Assembly (NCBI GenBank): GCA_963674755.2
Contig: CAXXVS010000003.1
Location: forward strand, 64,001 to 128,000
Origin: Desulfobacterales bacterium
GTDB lineage: Bacteria; Desulfobacterota; Desulfobacteria; Desulfobacterales; UBA5852
DNA length: 64,000 nt
Direction of reading: 5' to 3'
A program made the position numbers and the translations under genes. The notes beneath the pieces were generated by a model. It ran no database searches and was not told where the DNA came from. It worked only from the letters and a program-made list of their open reading frames with translations. The stretch's first letter is position 1. Every line of letters starts with the position of its first letter. Below are positions 30,210-40,917 of this stretch, in pieces.

Positions 30210-31910
30210 TTACGTCTTCTGCAACATCTCGCGTGCATGGTCGAGGGTCTTATGGGTAATTTCGATACCTCCCAGCATCCGGGCCATCTCTTCCAGTCGC
30301 TCGTCGGCATTCAAAGGGGCAATCGTCGCCCGTGTCCGGCCCTGATGAACCGCTTTGGATATCTTGAAGTGCTCCCGGCCGAATTTGGCGATCTGGGGCA
30401 GGTGGGTGATGCAAATGACTTGGTGATGGGCTGCTAAGTCCTTTAGTTTCTGCCCCACGACCTCGGCCACACCGCCGCCGATCCCCGCATCCACCTCATC
30501 AAAAATAAGCGTCTCAAGCGAACCCGTAACCGCCAGGATGGCTTTCAGGGCCAAAACGACCCGCGACAACTCGCCTCCCGAGGCAATGGCCGCCAGGGGC
30601 TTCAGCTGCTCGCCCACATTGGGGGCGATCTGAAAAACAGCGCGATCCATACCGCGTTCGTCCACCTTGCAGCCGTCAACGGTGAGGTATAATGAGGTGC
30701 GACCATCAGCGGGAACGGTGGCGAGCGCAATGGCGAATTGCGTCCCCGACATATGTAGCGCCTCCAGCTGCCGGGCCATTTCTCCGGATAAATCGACAGC
30801 TACGTTTCGGCGCTGGTCATGCAACTTCTGGACAGCTGCTTTTAACCGTTCGTGGCTCGCTTCCAGGCGCTGGTCCAGCGCGTCGATCTGGGTGCCCAGG
30901 TTTTCGAGATCGGCAAGCGCCTCCCGGATGGCGTCGAATTTGGCCATGACGTCGGCCAGGGTCTCTCCATATTTCCGTTTGAGGCGTGTAAGGGTGTCAA
31001 GGCGGGCTTCCACCTCCTCCAAACGATGGTCATCGCTTTCCACCTTCCCCAGGTAGCGCCGCAGCTCTTCGGCCACATCCTCGGCCTGGTAGCTCAACTC
31101 GGCCACCCGCTCGGCCGGCGATTGCAGCTCGCCGTCAATGGCCGCCGCTGTCTCCAGCTGATGGCGTATGGCGCCCAGATGATCCGTCACGGCATCCTGG
31201 GCCCCATAGAGCAATTCGACACATTGATGGACGGTCTGAATCAAGGTCTGCGAATTGCGCAGGCGGCGTCGTTCGGCTGCCAGTTGATCGTCCTCGCCGG
31301 GCACCAGACGGGCGGCTTCAATTTCCGTTTGTTGAAACTGCAGCAGCTCCCGCTGCTCGTTCTGGCGATCGCGAAGGGTCAGCAGCTTTTCCCGTTGTTC
31401 CAGCAGGGGTATAATTTCCCGGTAAATGTCGCCCACGGCTTCCCGCATCCCCATGAGATTGCCGTACTCATCCAGAACATCCAGATGGAAATCTTCCTTG
31501 AGCAGCGACTGGTGGGCGTGTTGGCTGGAAATACTGGCCAGATTCTCGGTAATCGCCTGGAGCACCTGCATGGTGGCCATGCTGCCGTTGATAAAGATAC
31601 GATGGCGGTCATTGCTGGCAATAATGCGCCTGATGAGGAGCCCCTCTTCGGCGCTGTAACCGTGGGCGGCCATCGTGGCGGCCGCCGGAGATGCCGTGCC
31701 GATATCGAAAAACGCCTCAAGTTCGGCTGATTCCGCACCCGTTCGAATGAGCTTGGCCGTCGCACGGGTCCCCAGCAACAATTTGACCGCGTTGATAATA
31801 ATGGATTTGCCCGCCCCGGTTTCACCGCTCATGATGGTGAGACCGGTATCAAACTGCATCTGCAGGTCATCGATGATGGCAAAATTCTTTATGGATAGAT
31901 CTCGGAGCAT
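30210..31910 (-). CDS. recN: DNA repair protein RecN
   Basis: IKNFAIID, GETGAGKS, ASGGELSR, IFDEVDAG and ITHLPQIA. Confidence 0.96.
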   Translation of the reverse strand: MLRDLSIKNFAIIDDLQMQFDTGLTIMSGETGAGKSIIINAVKLLLGTRATAKLIRTGAESAELEAFFDIGTASPAAATMAAHGYSAEEGLLIRRIIASNDRHRIFINGSMATMQVLQAITENLASISSQHAHQSLLKEDFHLDVLDEYGNLMGMREAVGDIYREIIPLLEQREKLLTLRDRQNEQRELLQFQQTEIEAARLVPGEDDQLAAERRRLRNSQTLIQTVHQCVELLYGAQDAVTDHLGAIRHQLETAAAIDGELQSPAERVAELSYQAEDVAEELRRYLGKVESDDHRLEEVEARLDTLTRLKRKYGETLADVMAKFDAIREALADLENLGTQIDALDQRLEASHERLKAAVQKLHDQRRNVAVDLSGEMARQLEALHMSGTQFAIALATVPADGRTSLYLTVDGCKVDERGMDRAVFQIAPNVGEQLKPLAAIASGGELSRVVLALKAILAVTGSLETLIFDEVDAGIGGGVAEVVGQKLKDLAAHHQVICITHLPQIAKFGREHFKISKAVHQGRTRATIAPLNADERLEEMARMLGGIEITHKTLDHAREMLQKT

Positions 31911-32134
31911 GGTGAGGGGGTCCGGCAACCGGGGTACCGGATGGGTTGAAAACGCCTATGATGGCCACCGAATATCGTCCGGTTACTTTTTTTGGGGCAG
32001 TATGGCACAGGTGGCTATCTTTGTAAAGCCGCGCCTATTGGGGATTTACCAGACTTTCCCAGCAAAGGACAATCAGTATGGGCGGCCTGCAAGGCGCCAC
32101 GCCGCCAAGGGCCCATGCGGGTGCGCCGTTACCT

Positions 32135-32203
32135 TGTTTCTGTCCGGAGATAGCCGCTTTGGGTTCCGGCCGAGGCCGCAAGATGCCGTTTATGGATGGG
32201 CAC
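32135..32203 (+). repeat. ERIC/MITE-like element, copy 4 (collapsed)
   Basis: TGTCCGGAGATAGCCGCTTTGGGTTCCGGCCGAGGCCGCAAGATGCCGTTTATGGATGGGCAC. A further degenerate core (CAAGGC...ACGCCGCCA) lies at 32078-32116. Confidence 0.7.
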
Positions 32204-32206
32204 GAC

Positions 32207-32797
32207 CTAAGCCATAGCCGCTTGGTAGCCCATTTCGAAAGCCTTGAGATTGGTATCCACAAAGGCCGCTTTGGTTCGGGTTTGGATCGCCTGCCGGATC
32301 ATCTCCTCGGTCAGCGGCAAAATGCCGGTCTGGCAGAGTGCCCCCAGCAGCACGATATTGACGGACATGATATTGCCGGCTTCCCGGGCCAATTGGGCGG
32401 CATCCAGAGCGATCAACCGGCTGGTTTTGGCCTGGATCTTTTGTTTGATCTCATCCAGGTCGGGATAGGTGCCCCGACCGATGGAGACGGTAAACGGCGG
32501 CAGGGGTGCCATGTTGGAAATCACCGTGGTCTGCGGATTGCATTTGTTCAGCGCCCGCAGGGTTTCCGCCGGTTCAAAGCCCACCAGGACATCCGCTTCA
32601 CCGTCGGAGATAATGGTGCTACGGGCATCTCCGAATACAATGGCCGATTCCACCACACCCCCGCGCTGGGCCATGCCGTGAATTTCGCTCATGCGCACCG
32701 GGATGTCAGCCATCAGGGCCGCTTCGCCGAGTACTTTAGATGCCAGCAGATTGCCCTGTCCGCCCACCGCAACGATTATCAGACGTGTCGCTTTCAT
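32207..32797 (-). CDS. iorB: Indolepyruvate ferredoxin oxidoreductase beta subunit
   Basis: AVGGQGNLLAS, SEIHGMAQRGG and NLKAFEMG. Confidence 0.93.
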   Translation of the reverse strand: MKATRLIIVAVGGQGNLLASKVLGEAALMADIPVRMSEIHGMAQRGGVVESAIVFGDARSTIISDGEADVLVGFEPAETLRALNKCNPQTTVISNMAPLPPFTVSIGRGTYPDLDEIKQKIQAKTSRLIALDAAQLAREAGNIMSVNIVLLGALCQTGILPLTEEMIRQAIQTRTKAAFVDTNLKAFEMGYQAAMA

Positions 32798-32838
32798 AGT
32801 TGCTCCTCGTTTTGGGACCACCGCCCGCGGTCAGGGGG

Positions 32839-34695
32839 TCAGGATTTCGATTTCACCGGAACGATGGCATTTTCCGGACACACCTGGGCGCAAAGGGCGC
32901 AACCGATGCAAATATCCGGATCGATGCGCACCCGCTCCCCCTCCAGGTAAAAGGCCGGGCATCCCAGGTCGTTGAGGCAGTCCCGGTGATTGCGGCAGCG
33001 GTCCGACACCTGGAAGGGTTTGCCCTTCAATTGGCGCAACGATTTGGCGTAAAGCGCACATTTCTCCTGTGCGATGACCACCGATACCCCCTCGAATTCC
33101 ACCGCCGCCCGAATGGCGGCAATGCTTTTTTTCACCTGATAGGGGCGGATCGTGGTCACATGCCGGACACCCATGGCTTTGACCAGGGGCTCCAGGACAA
33201 TCTGGTTATAGCCCTCCAGATGCAGTTCCTGCATGTCGACGCCGGGGTTGGGTTGATGGCCCGTCATAGCGGTGGTCCGGTTGTCCAGGATAACCAGTGT
33301 CAGGTTGTGGTTGTTGAAAACCGCGTTGATCAGACCGGGCATGCCGGAGTGAAAAAAGGTCGAATCACCGATGAAGGCGACGACTTTCTGGGAAGTGGCC
33401 CGGGAAAACCCGCCGGATGAGCCGGTGGAGGCTCCCATGCAGATCACATAATCCCCCATGGATAACGGCGGCATGAAGCCCAGGGTATAGCAGCCGATAT
33501 CGGAAGGATGGATGACGTCCAGTCCCTCGGTGGCCTTTTTGACAGCGTAGAACGTTGCCCGGTGGGAGCAGCCGGCGCAGAGCGTGGGCGGCCGCTGGGG
33601 AGCTTCCGGCAGGTCGGAGAGATCCGGCACGGCCGGGGGCGGGCACGGCACTCCGAAATAAGCGGCCAGTTTGCCACGCACCATGGCCGGGTCAAACTCG
33701 TAGAGACGGGAGAACAGCTCCGGCCCTTTGCCGTTGATCGGTAAAGTCAGCCCCCGCTCCTGGGCAAAGGCTTTGACCGCCTCTTCCATGTAGGGTTCGC
33801 CCTCTTCCACCACCAGAACCTTTTCGCAAGCCGCCAGAAAAGCGCCGATCCGCTCCGCCGGCAGGGGATGGGAGAATCCGATCCGCAGCACGCGGACCCG
33901 CTCTTCAATGGCCAGGTCCTGGATGGCGTCGGCCACATAAGGATAACTGACGCCGTTGCAGATGATGCCCCAGGAGCCCCGCCCTTCCTCGAAGTTGTAA
34001 GGGCTCTCCTCGGCCATATGCTGCGCGCGGGCCATGTTTTCCAGCAGGCGGGCATGCAGCCGCCGCGACACGGCCGGCACCGTCACAAAGCTGAAAGGGT
34101 CTTTTTCAAAATGGCCGGCGGTCCGGGGCGGGGTCAAAGCACCCAGCGTCACCACGGCATTGGAATGGTTGATACGGGTGGTGGTGCGCAGAATGACGGG
34201 CTCACCCAGGGTTTCCGAAAGTTCGAAAGCGTAGGGTACCATGGCTTTGGCCTCTTCCACCGAAGACGGCTCCAGGACCGGCAGCCCGGAAAGCTTGCCA
34301 TAGTACCGGTTATCCTGTTCGTTCTGGCTGGAAAACATATACGGATCATCGGCGGAAAGGATCACCAATCCGGCCCGGGTGCCCACGTAGGCCAGGGTCA
34401 TGAGCGCATCGGCCGCCACATTGAGCCCCACATGCTTCATCATGCACATGCTGCGCAGACCGGAATTGGCGGCCGCCGCCGCGACTTCCAGGGCCACTTT
34501 TTCATTGGTGCTGTATTCGAAATAGAGGTCTGTTTCCTGGGAAATCTGAAAAAGATTGAGCGAAATTTCCGAAGAAGGCGTCCCCGGATAAGTGGAGGCA
34601 AAGGCCACCCCCGCCTCCAGCGCCCCTCGGGCGATGGCCTCGTTGCCCAGCAGGAGCAATTTCTGCCCGGGCTGGTCCGTCATCAATTTGTGCAT
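32839..34695 (-). CDS. iorA: Indolepyruvate ferredoxin oxidoreductase alpha subunit
   Basis: LLGNEAIARGA, YPGTPSSE, MKHVGLNVAAD, RPPTLCAGCSH, GDSTFFHSG, TAMTGHQP and C-terminal 4Fe-4S motifs. Confidence 0.95.
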   Translation of the reverse strand: MHKLMTDQPGQKLLLLGNEAIARGALEAGVAFASTYPGTPSSEISLNLFQISQETDLYFEYSTNEKVALEVAAAAANSGLRSMCMMKHVGLNVAADALMTLAYVGTRAGLVILSADDPYMFSSQNEQDNRYYGKLSGLPVLEPSSVEEAKAMVPYAFELSETLGEPVILRTTTRINHSNAVVTLGALTPPRTAGHFEKDPFSFVTVPAVSRRLHARLLENMARAQHMAEESPYNFEEGRGSWGIICNGVSYPYVADAIQDLAIEERVRVLRIGFSHPLPAERIGAFLAACEKVLVVEEGEPYMEEAVKAFAQERGLTLPINGKGPELFSRLYEFDPAMVRGKLAAYFGVPCPPPAVPDLSDLPEAPQRPPTLCAGCSHRATFYAVKKATEGLDVIHPSDIGCYTLGFMPPLSMGDYVICMGASTGSSGGFSRATSQKVVAFIGDSTFFHSGMPGLINAVFNNHNLTLVILDNRTTAMTGHQPNPGVDMQELHLEGYNQIVLEPLVKAMGVRHVTTIRPYQVKKSIAAIRAAVEFEGVSVVIAQEKCALYAKSLRQLKGKPFQVSDRCRNHRDCLNDLGCPAFYLEGERVRIDPDICIGCALCAQVCPENAIVPVKSKS

Positions 34696-34949
34696 GGCAA
34701 ATCCTTTGCGGGAATAGGGCAAAGCGCGCCCGGAGCAGCTCGCCCCGCAGCGCTAACCGACCGAATCCTTTTGTTAAGTGCTTCCCGCTTTATACCAGCC
34801 CCGAACCAACTGTAAAGCCCTTTCTCCGCAGGGGCCGAGACTGACGCCCGGCGAACCGGTTGAAATTCCTTTACAACGCTGCCACGCTGATTTAAAGATA
34901 AGGATTTCGCAATCTCCGAGGCAATCATCCCCCGATCGAAAGCAGGCTT

Positions 34950-35627
34950 ATGGAAGCACCGCCCGTCCTTGTCCTGGCAACGCGCAATGCCGGCAAAACA
35001 GCTGAAATCCGGGACCTGCTAAAAACTTTCCCGATCCGAATCTGCAACCTGGATGACTTCGGCCCCATACCGGAAATCGAAGAAGACGGGGCCAGTTTTG
35101 ATGAAAATGCCTATAAAAAGGCCCATTTCGCCGCCCGCGTGCTGGGTTTTCCGGCCCTGGCCGACGACTCCGGACTGGTGGTCGAAGCGCTGGACGGTGC
35201 CCCGGGAATTTACTCGGCGCGCTACGCCGGTGAAAATGCCACCGATGCCGACCGCTGCGCCAAGCTGCTCCGGGAAATGGAGGGCCAGGACCGGCGCCAG
35301 GCCGCCTTCGAATGCGTAATTTCCATCGCCGTTCCGGAAGGGCCGGCTTTAACCTACGAGGGCCGTTGCGAGGGACTGATAACGCGCCAGCCCCAGGGCG
35401 CGAGCGGTTTCGGCTACGACCCGGTCTTTTACTATCCCCCAAGCCGCAAGACCTTCGCCGAAATGACCATGGCGGAAAAAAGCCAGGTCAGTCACCGCGG
35501 ACGTGCCCTGCAGGAATTGCAATCCGAATTCGGCAAGGTCCTGATCTGGATCCGGCAGCATATGCCGGTTGTGGCGCGTTCCGGCTGTATCTCGGAAGAC
35601 GACGACGATCATCCGGCCAACACCTGA
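34950..35627 (+). CDS. rdgB: XTP/dITP diphosphatase (Ham1 family)
   Basis: LATRNAGK, ADDSGL, PGIYSARYAG, GFGYDPVF and SHRGRA. Confidence 0.95.
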   Translation: MEAPPVLVLATRNAGKTAEIRDLLKTFPIRICNLDDFGPIPEIEEDGASFDENAYKKAHFAARVLGFPALADDSGLVVEALDGAPGIYSARYAGENATDADRCAKLLREMEGQDRRQAAFECVISIAVPEGPALTYEGRCEGLITRQPQGASGFGYDPVFYYPPSRKTFAEMTMAEKSQVSHRGRALQELQSEFGKVLIWIRQHMPVVARSGCISEDDDDHPANT

Positions 35628-35727
35628 CAGGGGTATGTACACGCCATATTGATTCAACATCCCCGCCGCGCCTGCCTGCGGCGGGCGCCGTACCACACAG
35701 CCGACCAACGGCTGCAGGGAGAGCATC

Positions 35728-37701
35728 ATGACTCAGGGAAAAGACTGTTCTGATATCGCCAAGGCCCTCGGCCGGATCGAAACCGAAGCGGCCGCCCGCG
35801 ACCTGTTCGCAAAGCGGCTCGACGCCGACAATCTGGCCAAAATCAATCACATTGCCACCCCCGCCATCCTTGTAAAAATAGCCAATGCCATTGCCATGTG
35901 CGATCCCGCCGCCGTCTTTGTGAATACCGGATCAGATGAGGACCGGGCCTGGATCAAACGCCATGCCCTGGAAAAAAGGGAAGAAGAATCCCTGCCCATG
36001 CCGGATCACACCATCCACTACGACCTCAGGGAAGAGCAGGGGCGCATCATCGACCGGACCTTCTATATCGTCGATCCGGGCGAGGCCGTAAGCTCCCTGG
36101 CCCTCAAGAAACTGCGACAGGACGCCCGGGAAGAAATCCGGCGGGAAATGACCGGCATCATGCAGGGCATGACCATGATTATCGGTTTTTACATCCGGGG
36201 ACCGGTGGGCGCCCAGGTGTCCAATCCGGCCCTGGAAATCACCAGTTCGGCCTATGTGTCCCATAGCGCAGAGATCCTCTACCGCAACGCTTTCGACCAT
36301 TTCGACCGCGAAGCAACCCGGCAGGGCCATTTTTACACCAACATCCACAGTGAAGGCTTGAACCGGCCTGAAGATCTGCCCCATGCACGGGTCTTCATGG
36401 ATCGCAACCACCGCACCACCTATAGCTTCAAGTGCACCTATGCGGGCAATACCCTGCTCCTCAAAAAAGGTAATCACCGCTTTTCGGTGGATCGTTCGGT
36501 CTACGAAAAGTGCGGCCACGAACTCGCCGAACACATGTTCATCACCGGCATCGATGGCCCCGGCGGCCGGATCACCTGGGTCGCCGGCGCGGCGCCCAGC
36601 GGCTGCGGGAAAACCACTACCGCCATGGCCGGCAACCACTTCGTGGGGGACGATTTGGCCCAGATGTGGATCGCCGAAGACGGCGGTATCCGATCCATCA
36701 ACCCGGAATGCGGCATTTTCGGCATCGTCGAAGACGTCAACCGGGAGGGCGATCCCATGCTGATGGACTGCCTGCGGAAACCCGGCACCGAAGTCATCTG
36801 GTCCAACGTGCTCATCGATGAAAACGGCGTACCCCACTGGAAGGGCAACGGCGAGCCCCAGCCTTCCAGGGGACGCAATTTCCAGGGTCGCTGGGAGGCG
36901 GGCATGACCGATGCCGACGGCAACGCCGTGCCCATCTCCCACCCCAATGCCCGCTGTACATTGGCCTCCACCGCCCTCGGCAATTATTCCCCCTCGGCAG
37001 AAGATCCCGCCGGCGTGGAAACGCGCATCATTACTTACAGCGGCCGGGACAGCAATACCATGCCGCCGGTATGGGCCGCCCGCAACGCCGATGAAGGCGT
37101 CGTGATCGGGGCCTGCATCGTTTCCGCGGCAACGGCCACGGAAGTCGGGGCCACCGGCGTCAAGCGCGCTCCCTGGGCCAATGCCCCTTTCATCCCCGGG
37201 GCCCTGGGGGATTATATGGACGCCCAGTTCCGCTTTTTTGGCAGCGCCCGGCTGGCGGCTGACAAACGGCCCGTGATGGCCGGCCTGAACTACTTTCTCA
37301 CCCATGCGGCCCGCGGCGGCGAGGGCAACAAACTTTTGGGCGAAAAGCGCGACGTCAAAGTTTGGCTGGCCTGGCTGGAGCGCCGGACGCATGGCGAGGT
37401 GGACGCCATTGAAACCCCCATCGGCTTTCTGCCGCGCTATGACGACCTGAAACCCCTTTTTAAGGCTCTCATCGACAAGCCCTATCCGGAATCCCTCTAT
37501 CGCCAGCAGTTTTCGTTATATATCGATAATATCCTGGCCCGCATCGCTTTGCAGATCGAGGCCTACCGCAAGGAAGAGAACATTCCTGCCACGCTTTTCC
37601 AGGTGTTGGAAGCCCAACAGGAGGGGTTAGCCGCGCTTAAGAAAGAATACGGTCCCATCGTAACCCCGGCGCAGTTGGACACCCGTAGCGCGACCCGCTG
37701 A
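35728..37701 (+). CDS. pckG: Phosphoenolpyruvate carboxykinase (GTP)
   Basis: YAGNTLLLKK, LAEHM, AAPSGCGKT, VGDDLA and SHPNAR. Confidence 0.92.
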   Translation: MTQGKDCSDIAKALGRIETEAAARDLFAKRLDADNLAKINHIATPAILVKIANAIAMCDPAAVFVNTGSDEDRAWIKRHALEKREEESLPMPDHTIHYDLREEQGRIIDRTFYIVDPGEAVSSLALKKLRQDAREEIRREMTGIMQGMTMIIGFYIRGPVGAQVSNPALEITSSAYVSHSAEILYRNAFDHFDREATRQGHFYTNIHSEGLNRPEDLPHARVFMDRNHRTTYSFKCTYAGNTLLLKKGNHRFSVDRSVYEKCGHELAEHMFITGIDGPGGRITWVAGAAPSGCGKTTTAMAGNHFVGDDLAQMWIAEDGGIRSINPECGIFGIVEDVNREGDPMLMDCLRKPGTEVIWSNVLIDENGVPHWKGNGEPQPSRGRNFQGRWEAGMTDADGNAVPISHPNARCTLASTALGNYSPSAEDPAGVETRIITYSGRDSNTMPPVWAARNADEGVVIGACIVSAATATEVGATGVKRAPWANAPFIPGALGDYMDAQFRFFGSARLAADKRPVMAGLNYFLTHAARGGEGNKLLGEKRDVKVWLAWLERRTHGEVDAIETPIGFLPRYDDLKPLFKALIDKPYPESLYRQQFSLYIDNILARIALQIEAYRKEENIPATLFQVLEAQQEGLAALKKEYGPIVTPAQLDTRSATR

Positions 37702-37827
37702 GACAGGCTCCGGTGGTAAAGGCGGCATGCGTCTTACCGGCTGCTTTTACCAGAAGAGGACCTGCCCTCCGTCTGAGCATCGCCCGGCAGTTAAGAGAAA
37801 AGGACGGGGCAGCACACGCATCTTTAT

Positions 37828-39093
37828 ATGAACCGACCGAACCCTCAGGCCCAATCGATGGCCGCGCTCCTGAAGACCCTCTGTAGCCGGCGCATGCTGG
37901 TGGCCTTCATCATGGGCTTTGCGGCCGGTCTGCCGCTGCTGCTGACTATCGGATTGATGCAGGCCTGGATGAAAGATGCCGGCGTGGATCTGGCCGTTAT
38001 CGGGTTGATGAACCTGGTACAGATCCCCTATACGTGGAAATTTATCTGGGCCCCGCTTCTGGACCGCTACACTCTGCCATTCCTGGGACGCCGCCGGGGC
38101 TGGCTGGTCATCGCCCAGCTGGCCCTGATGGCCTCGATCGCCGGACTGGGCCTTTCCGATCCCCAACGCCACCTCGGTTTGATGGCGCTCATGGCCTGCC
38201 TGGTGGCCTTTTTCAGCGCCACCCAGGACATCGTCATCGATGCCTATCGCCGCGAAGACCTCCCCGACCACGAACTGGGGATGGGCTCCTCCCTCTATAT
38301 TTACGGTTATCGCCTGGGCATGCTGCTGGCCGGGGGTGGCGGCCTTATCATGGCCGATCACATGCCCTTTTTTCAGGTATATGGCATCATGGCCCTTTGC
38401 CCGCTGCCCTGCCTGGTCACCACCTGGCTGACCCCTGAACCTTCGGTTGCGGAAGGGACGCCCACGAGCCTGAGAGAGGCCGTGGTAGCGCCGCTGACCG
38501 AATACTTCCAGCGGCCGGAGGCTGTCTGGATTCTGGCCTTTATTCTCTTCTATAAAATCGGCGACACCATGGCCAGCGCCATCAGCACACCGTTTTATCT
38601 CGATATCGGCTTTTCCAAATCCCAGGTGGGCGCGGTGGTCAAGCTGTTCGGTTTCTGGGCCACCATTGCCGGCGCCGGCATCGGCGGCATCACGATTCTG
38701 CGGTTGGGCATTGCGCGCAGCCTGTGGGTTTTTGGCGTTCTGCAGGCCCTATCTACGGCCGGCTTTGCCGTGCTGGCCAGGATGGGCGACCACCTGCCCA
38801 CCCTGGCCGGGGTGATCACCTTCGAGAACCTGAGCGGCGGCATGGGAACCTCCGCTTTCGTGGCCTTCATGGCCAGCATCACCAACAAAAAATTCACCGC
38901 CACCCAGTATGCCCTGCTCAGCAGCCTGATGGGCATGCCGCGCGTCTTCGCCTCGGCGCCTACGGGCTTCATGGCAAAAGCCCTGGGATGGGAAAATTTT
39001 TTTATTTTCTGCACCCTGATGGCGATTCCCGGCATGCTGATGCTGACCAAATTCGCGCCCTGGACGCCTCATGGACCTCATCAGGAAGGATAA
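37828..39093 (+). CDS. ampG: AmpG-family muropeptide MFS transporter
   Basis: GFAAGLP, KFIWAPLLD, GRRRGW, SATQDIVIDAYR and TATQYALLSS. Confidence 0.9.
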   Translation: MNRPNPQAQSMAALLKTLCSRRMLVAFIMGFAAGLPLLLTIGLMQAWMKDAGVDLAVIGLMNLVQIPYTWKFIWAPLLDRYTLPFLGRRRGWLVIAQLALMASIAGLGLSDPQRHLGLMALMACLVAFFSATQDIVIDAYRREDLPDHELGMGSSLYIYGYRLGMLLAGGGGLIMADHMPFFQVYGIMALCPLPCLVTTWLTPEPSVAEGTPTSLREAVVAPLTEYFQRPEAVWILAFILFYKIGDTMASAISTPFYLDIGFSKSQVGAVVKLFGFWATIAGAGIGGITILRLGIARSLWVFGVLQALSTAGFAVLARMGDHLPTLAGVITFENLSGGMGTSAFVAFMASITNKKFTATQYALLSSLMGMPRVFASAPTGFMAKALGWENFFIFCTLMAIPGMLMLTKFAPWTPHGPHQEG

Positions 39094-39120
39094 GCCGCGC
39101 GGCTGGTAAACAGACCGAAA

Positions 39121-40917
39121 ATGCTTATGTTCGGTTCCATGCAACCCATAAAACCCGACGATAAAATGCTGACCCGGCGGCGGGAGCTGGCCGCTGAGCG
39201 GCGGCGCTGTTTGAACCTGCCGCCGGAGGAAGCCTTGGAGCAGATCCTGGCCTATCCCCAGCCGGCCGCCCTGGTGCATGCCTTTCCCGAGGAAGATCTC
39301 CATCTGCTGATCCGGGAAATCGGTTCGGATGACGCCCTCCCGCTGCTGGCCCTGGCTTCCCACAAACAGCTTGAATATGTGCTCGACCAGGAAATCTGGC
39401 AGCACGACCGCATCGACCTGTCGGCCACCACGCAATGGCTGGAGCGGTTGCTGCACGCCGAATCTTCCCCGCAGCGCATGGCCAATTGGCTGGCGGAAGA
39501 AAAGACCGATCTGGTGGAGCTGTTCCTGTTCCGCTCCATCGAAGTACGGATGCGCGAACACGATCAGGATCCGTCCGTCTTCGGAGCAAACTTTTTTTCC
39601 TATGACGATGTGTTCTATATCCGCATTCTGGCGCCCCCCAAACCCCTTGACCAAGAGACGGAGGCGAACTTATCGACCGCCCAGGAAACGGTTCGACACC
39701 TGCTGGACCACCTGGCGGAAAGCGACTATGTCCGCTTCCAGGCCATTCTGCTGGAAGCGGTGCATGTACTGCCGGCGGAAACCGAGGAGGAACAATACCG
39801 CCTGCGCACGGCGCGTCTCGCGGAAAAAGGGTTTCTGCCCTTTGCGGAAGCCGTGGGACTTTATCAGTCCTGGCACGAAGACGTTTTCCGGCACCGTGCC
39901 CTCCGGCAGAAACCCATCGCCCCGGACCATCCGGATCTCTATGCCCTGGTCCCCACAACCGTTCTGCCCGCCGGCAACCTTTTCACGCGTGCCCTGGAAA
40001 CGATGTCGTCCCCTGAGCAGCGGCAAGCCCTTCAGGAAGAATTGGCCGCCCTCTGCAACCGTATCATTGTCGCCGATCGGCAGGAAATCGAAAGCCGGGA
40101 CAACCTGGCCGCCATCGTGGCCAAAGCCAGCGGCTTTCTCCATTTGGGATTGCAAAAACTGCAGCCCAAGGAAGCGCCTTCCAGCGCGCCGGATGTCCCG
40201 GCCGCCACCCGGAGTCTGTGCCGCTACCATCTTGAGGGACTTTTTCGGCTGGGTTACGGTGAGGCCGTCGCGCTCAAGCAGACGGCCGAAGCCTGGGTTC
40301 ACCAGAGCTGGTTTGCCGGCCGCGGCCTGCCCCTGACCTTTTGGGGGGAAACCTGGCTGGGGGTCATTGGCGGACTTTTGATCAAGCGCCCGCTGTTTTT
40401 CGATAACGACAAGTCCGGCACATTGTACCGCGATTTTGCCGACATGGAAGAGATTGCATGGAGCCGACGCCAGCTCGACCAGGTCCAGCAGACCGACCGC
40501 TTGCTGGGCCGGTTGAATCCCGCCCTCCCGACCGGAACGATCCATGGCTTTCTGACTTATAAAAACCTTTTGTTGACCTTGTGGGCCCGCCATCGGATGG
40601 GCCTGACGGAAAATGGGCACCCGATGGCTTTTAAAGACTTTCGGTCCTTTTTCAAGACCCTGTTCCCGCAGGAAGAAGACCGCCCGGACGGGGAGGGGAG
40701 CCGCATCGCGGCTGCCCTGCGGACGGACTTTCTGACTTGGCTGGCCGATCGATGTCATCAACCGGCCGAGGCGCTATCAGAGGCCGTAGGACCGACCCTG
40801 GAAGCCCTTTTTGCCGAACTGGAAGACCATTATGGAAGGGTGCCTGCCGATCGTCTCGATCCGCGCTATATCCCCCATTTCCTGATCGAGCGGCCGGCGC
40901 CTTCTCACCCCAAATAA
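39121..40917 (+). CDS. Conserved deltaproteobacterial protein (DUF6178-like)
   Basis: 598 aa ORF with EIGSDDA and ETEEEQYRLRTARLAEKGFLP motifs; codon usage fits neighbouring genes. Confidence 0.7.
   Translation: MLMFGSMQPIKPDDKMLTRRRELAAERRRCLNLPPEEALEQILAYPQPAALVHAFPEEDLHLLIREIGSDDALPLLALASHKQLEYVLDQEIWQHDRIDLSATTQWLERLLHAESSPQRMANWLAEEKTDLVELFLFRSIEVRMREHDQDPSVFGANFFSYDDVFYIRILAPPKPLDQETEANLSTAQETVRHLLDHLAESDYVRFQAILLEAVHVLPAETEEEQYRLRTARLAEKGFLPFAEAVGLYQSWHEDVFRHRALRQKPIAPDHPDLYALVPTTVLPAGNLFTRALETMSSPEQRQALQEELAALCNRIIVADRQEIESRDNLAAIVAKASGFLHLGLQKLQPKEAPSSAPDVPAATRSLCRYHLEGLFRLGYGEAVALKQTAEAWVHQSWFAGRGLPLTFWGETWLGVIGGLLIKRPLFFDNDKSGTLYRDFADMEEIAWSRRQLDQVQQTDRLLGRLNPALPTGTIHGFLTYKNLLLTLWARHRMGLTENGHPMAFKDFRSFFKTLFPQEEDRPDGEGSRIAAALRTDFLTWLADRCHQPAEALSEAVGPTLEALFAELEDHYGRVPADRLDPRYIPHFLIERPAPSHPK

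Noticed and set aside
35932..37392. Long antisense ORF (486 aa) opposite pckG
   Set aside because: Shadow ORF from GC-rich codon bias with no recognisable motifs. The same applies to 33868-34815, 43042-44184, 49089-50396 and 52666-54345.
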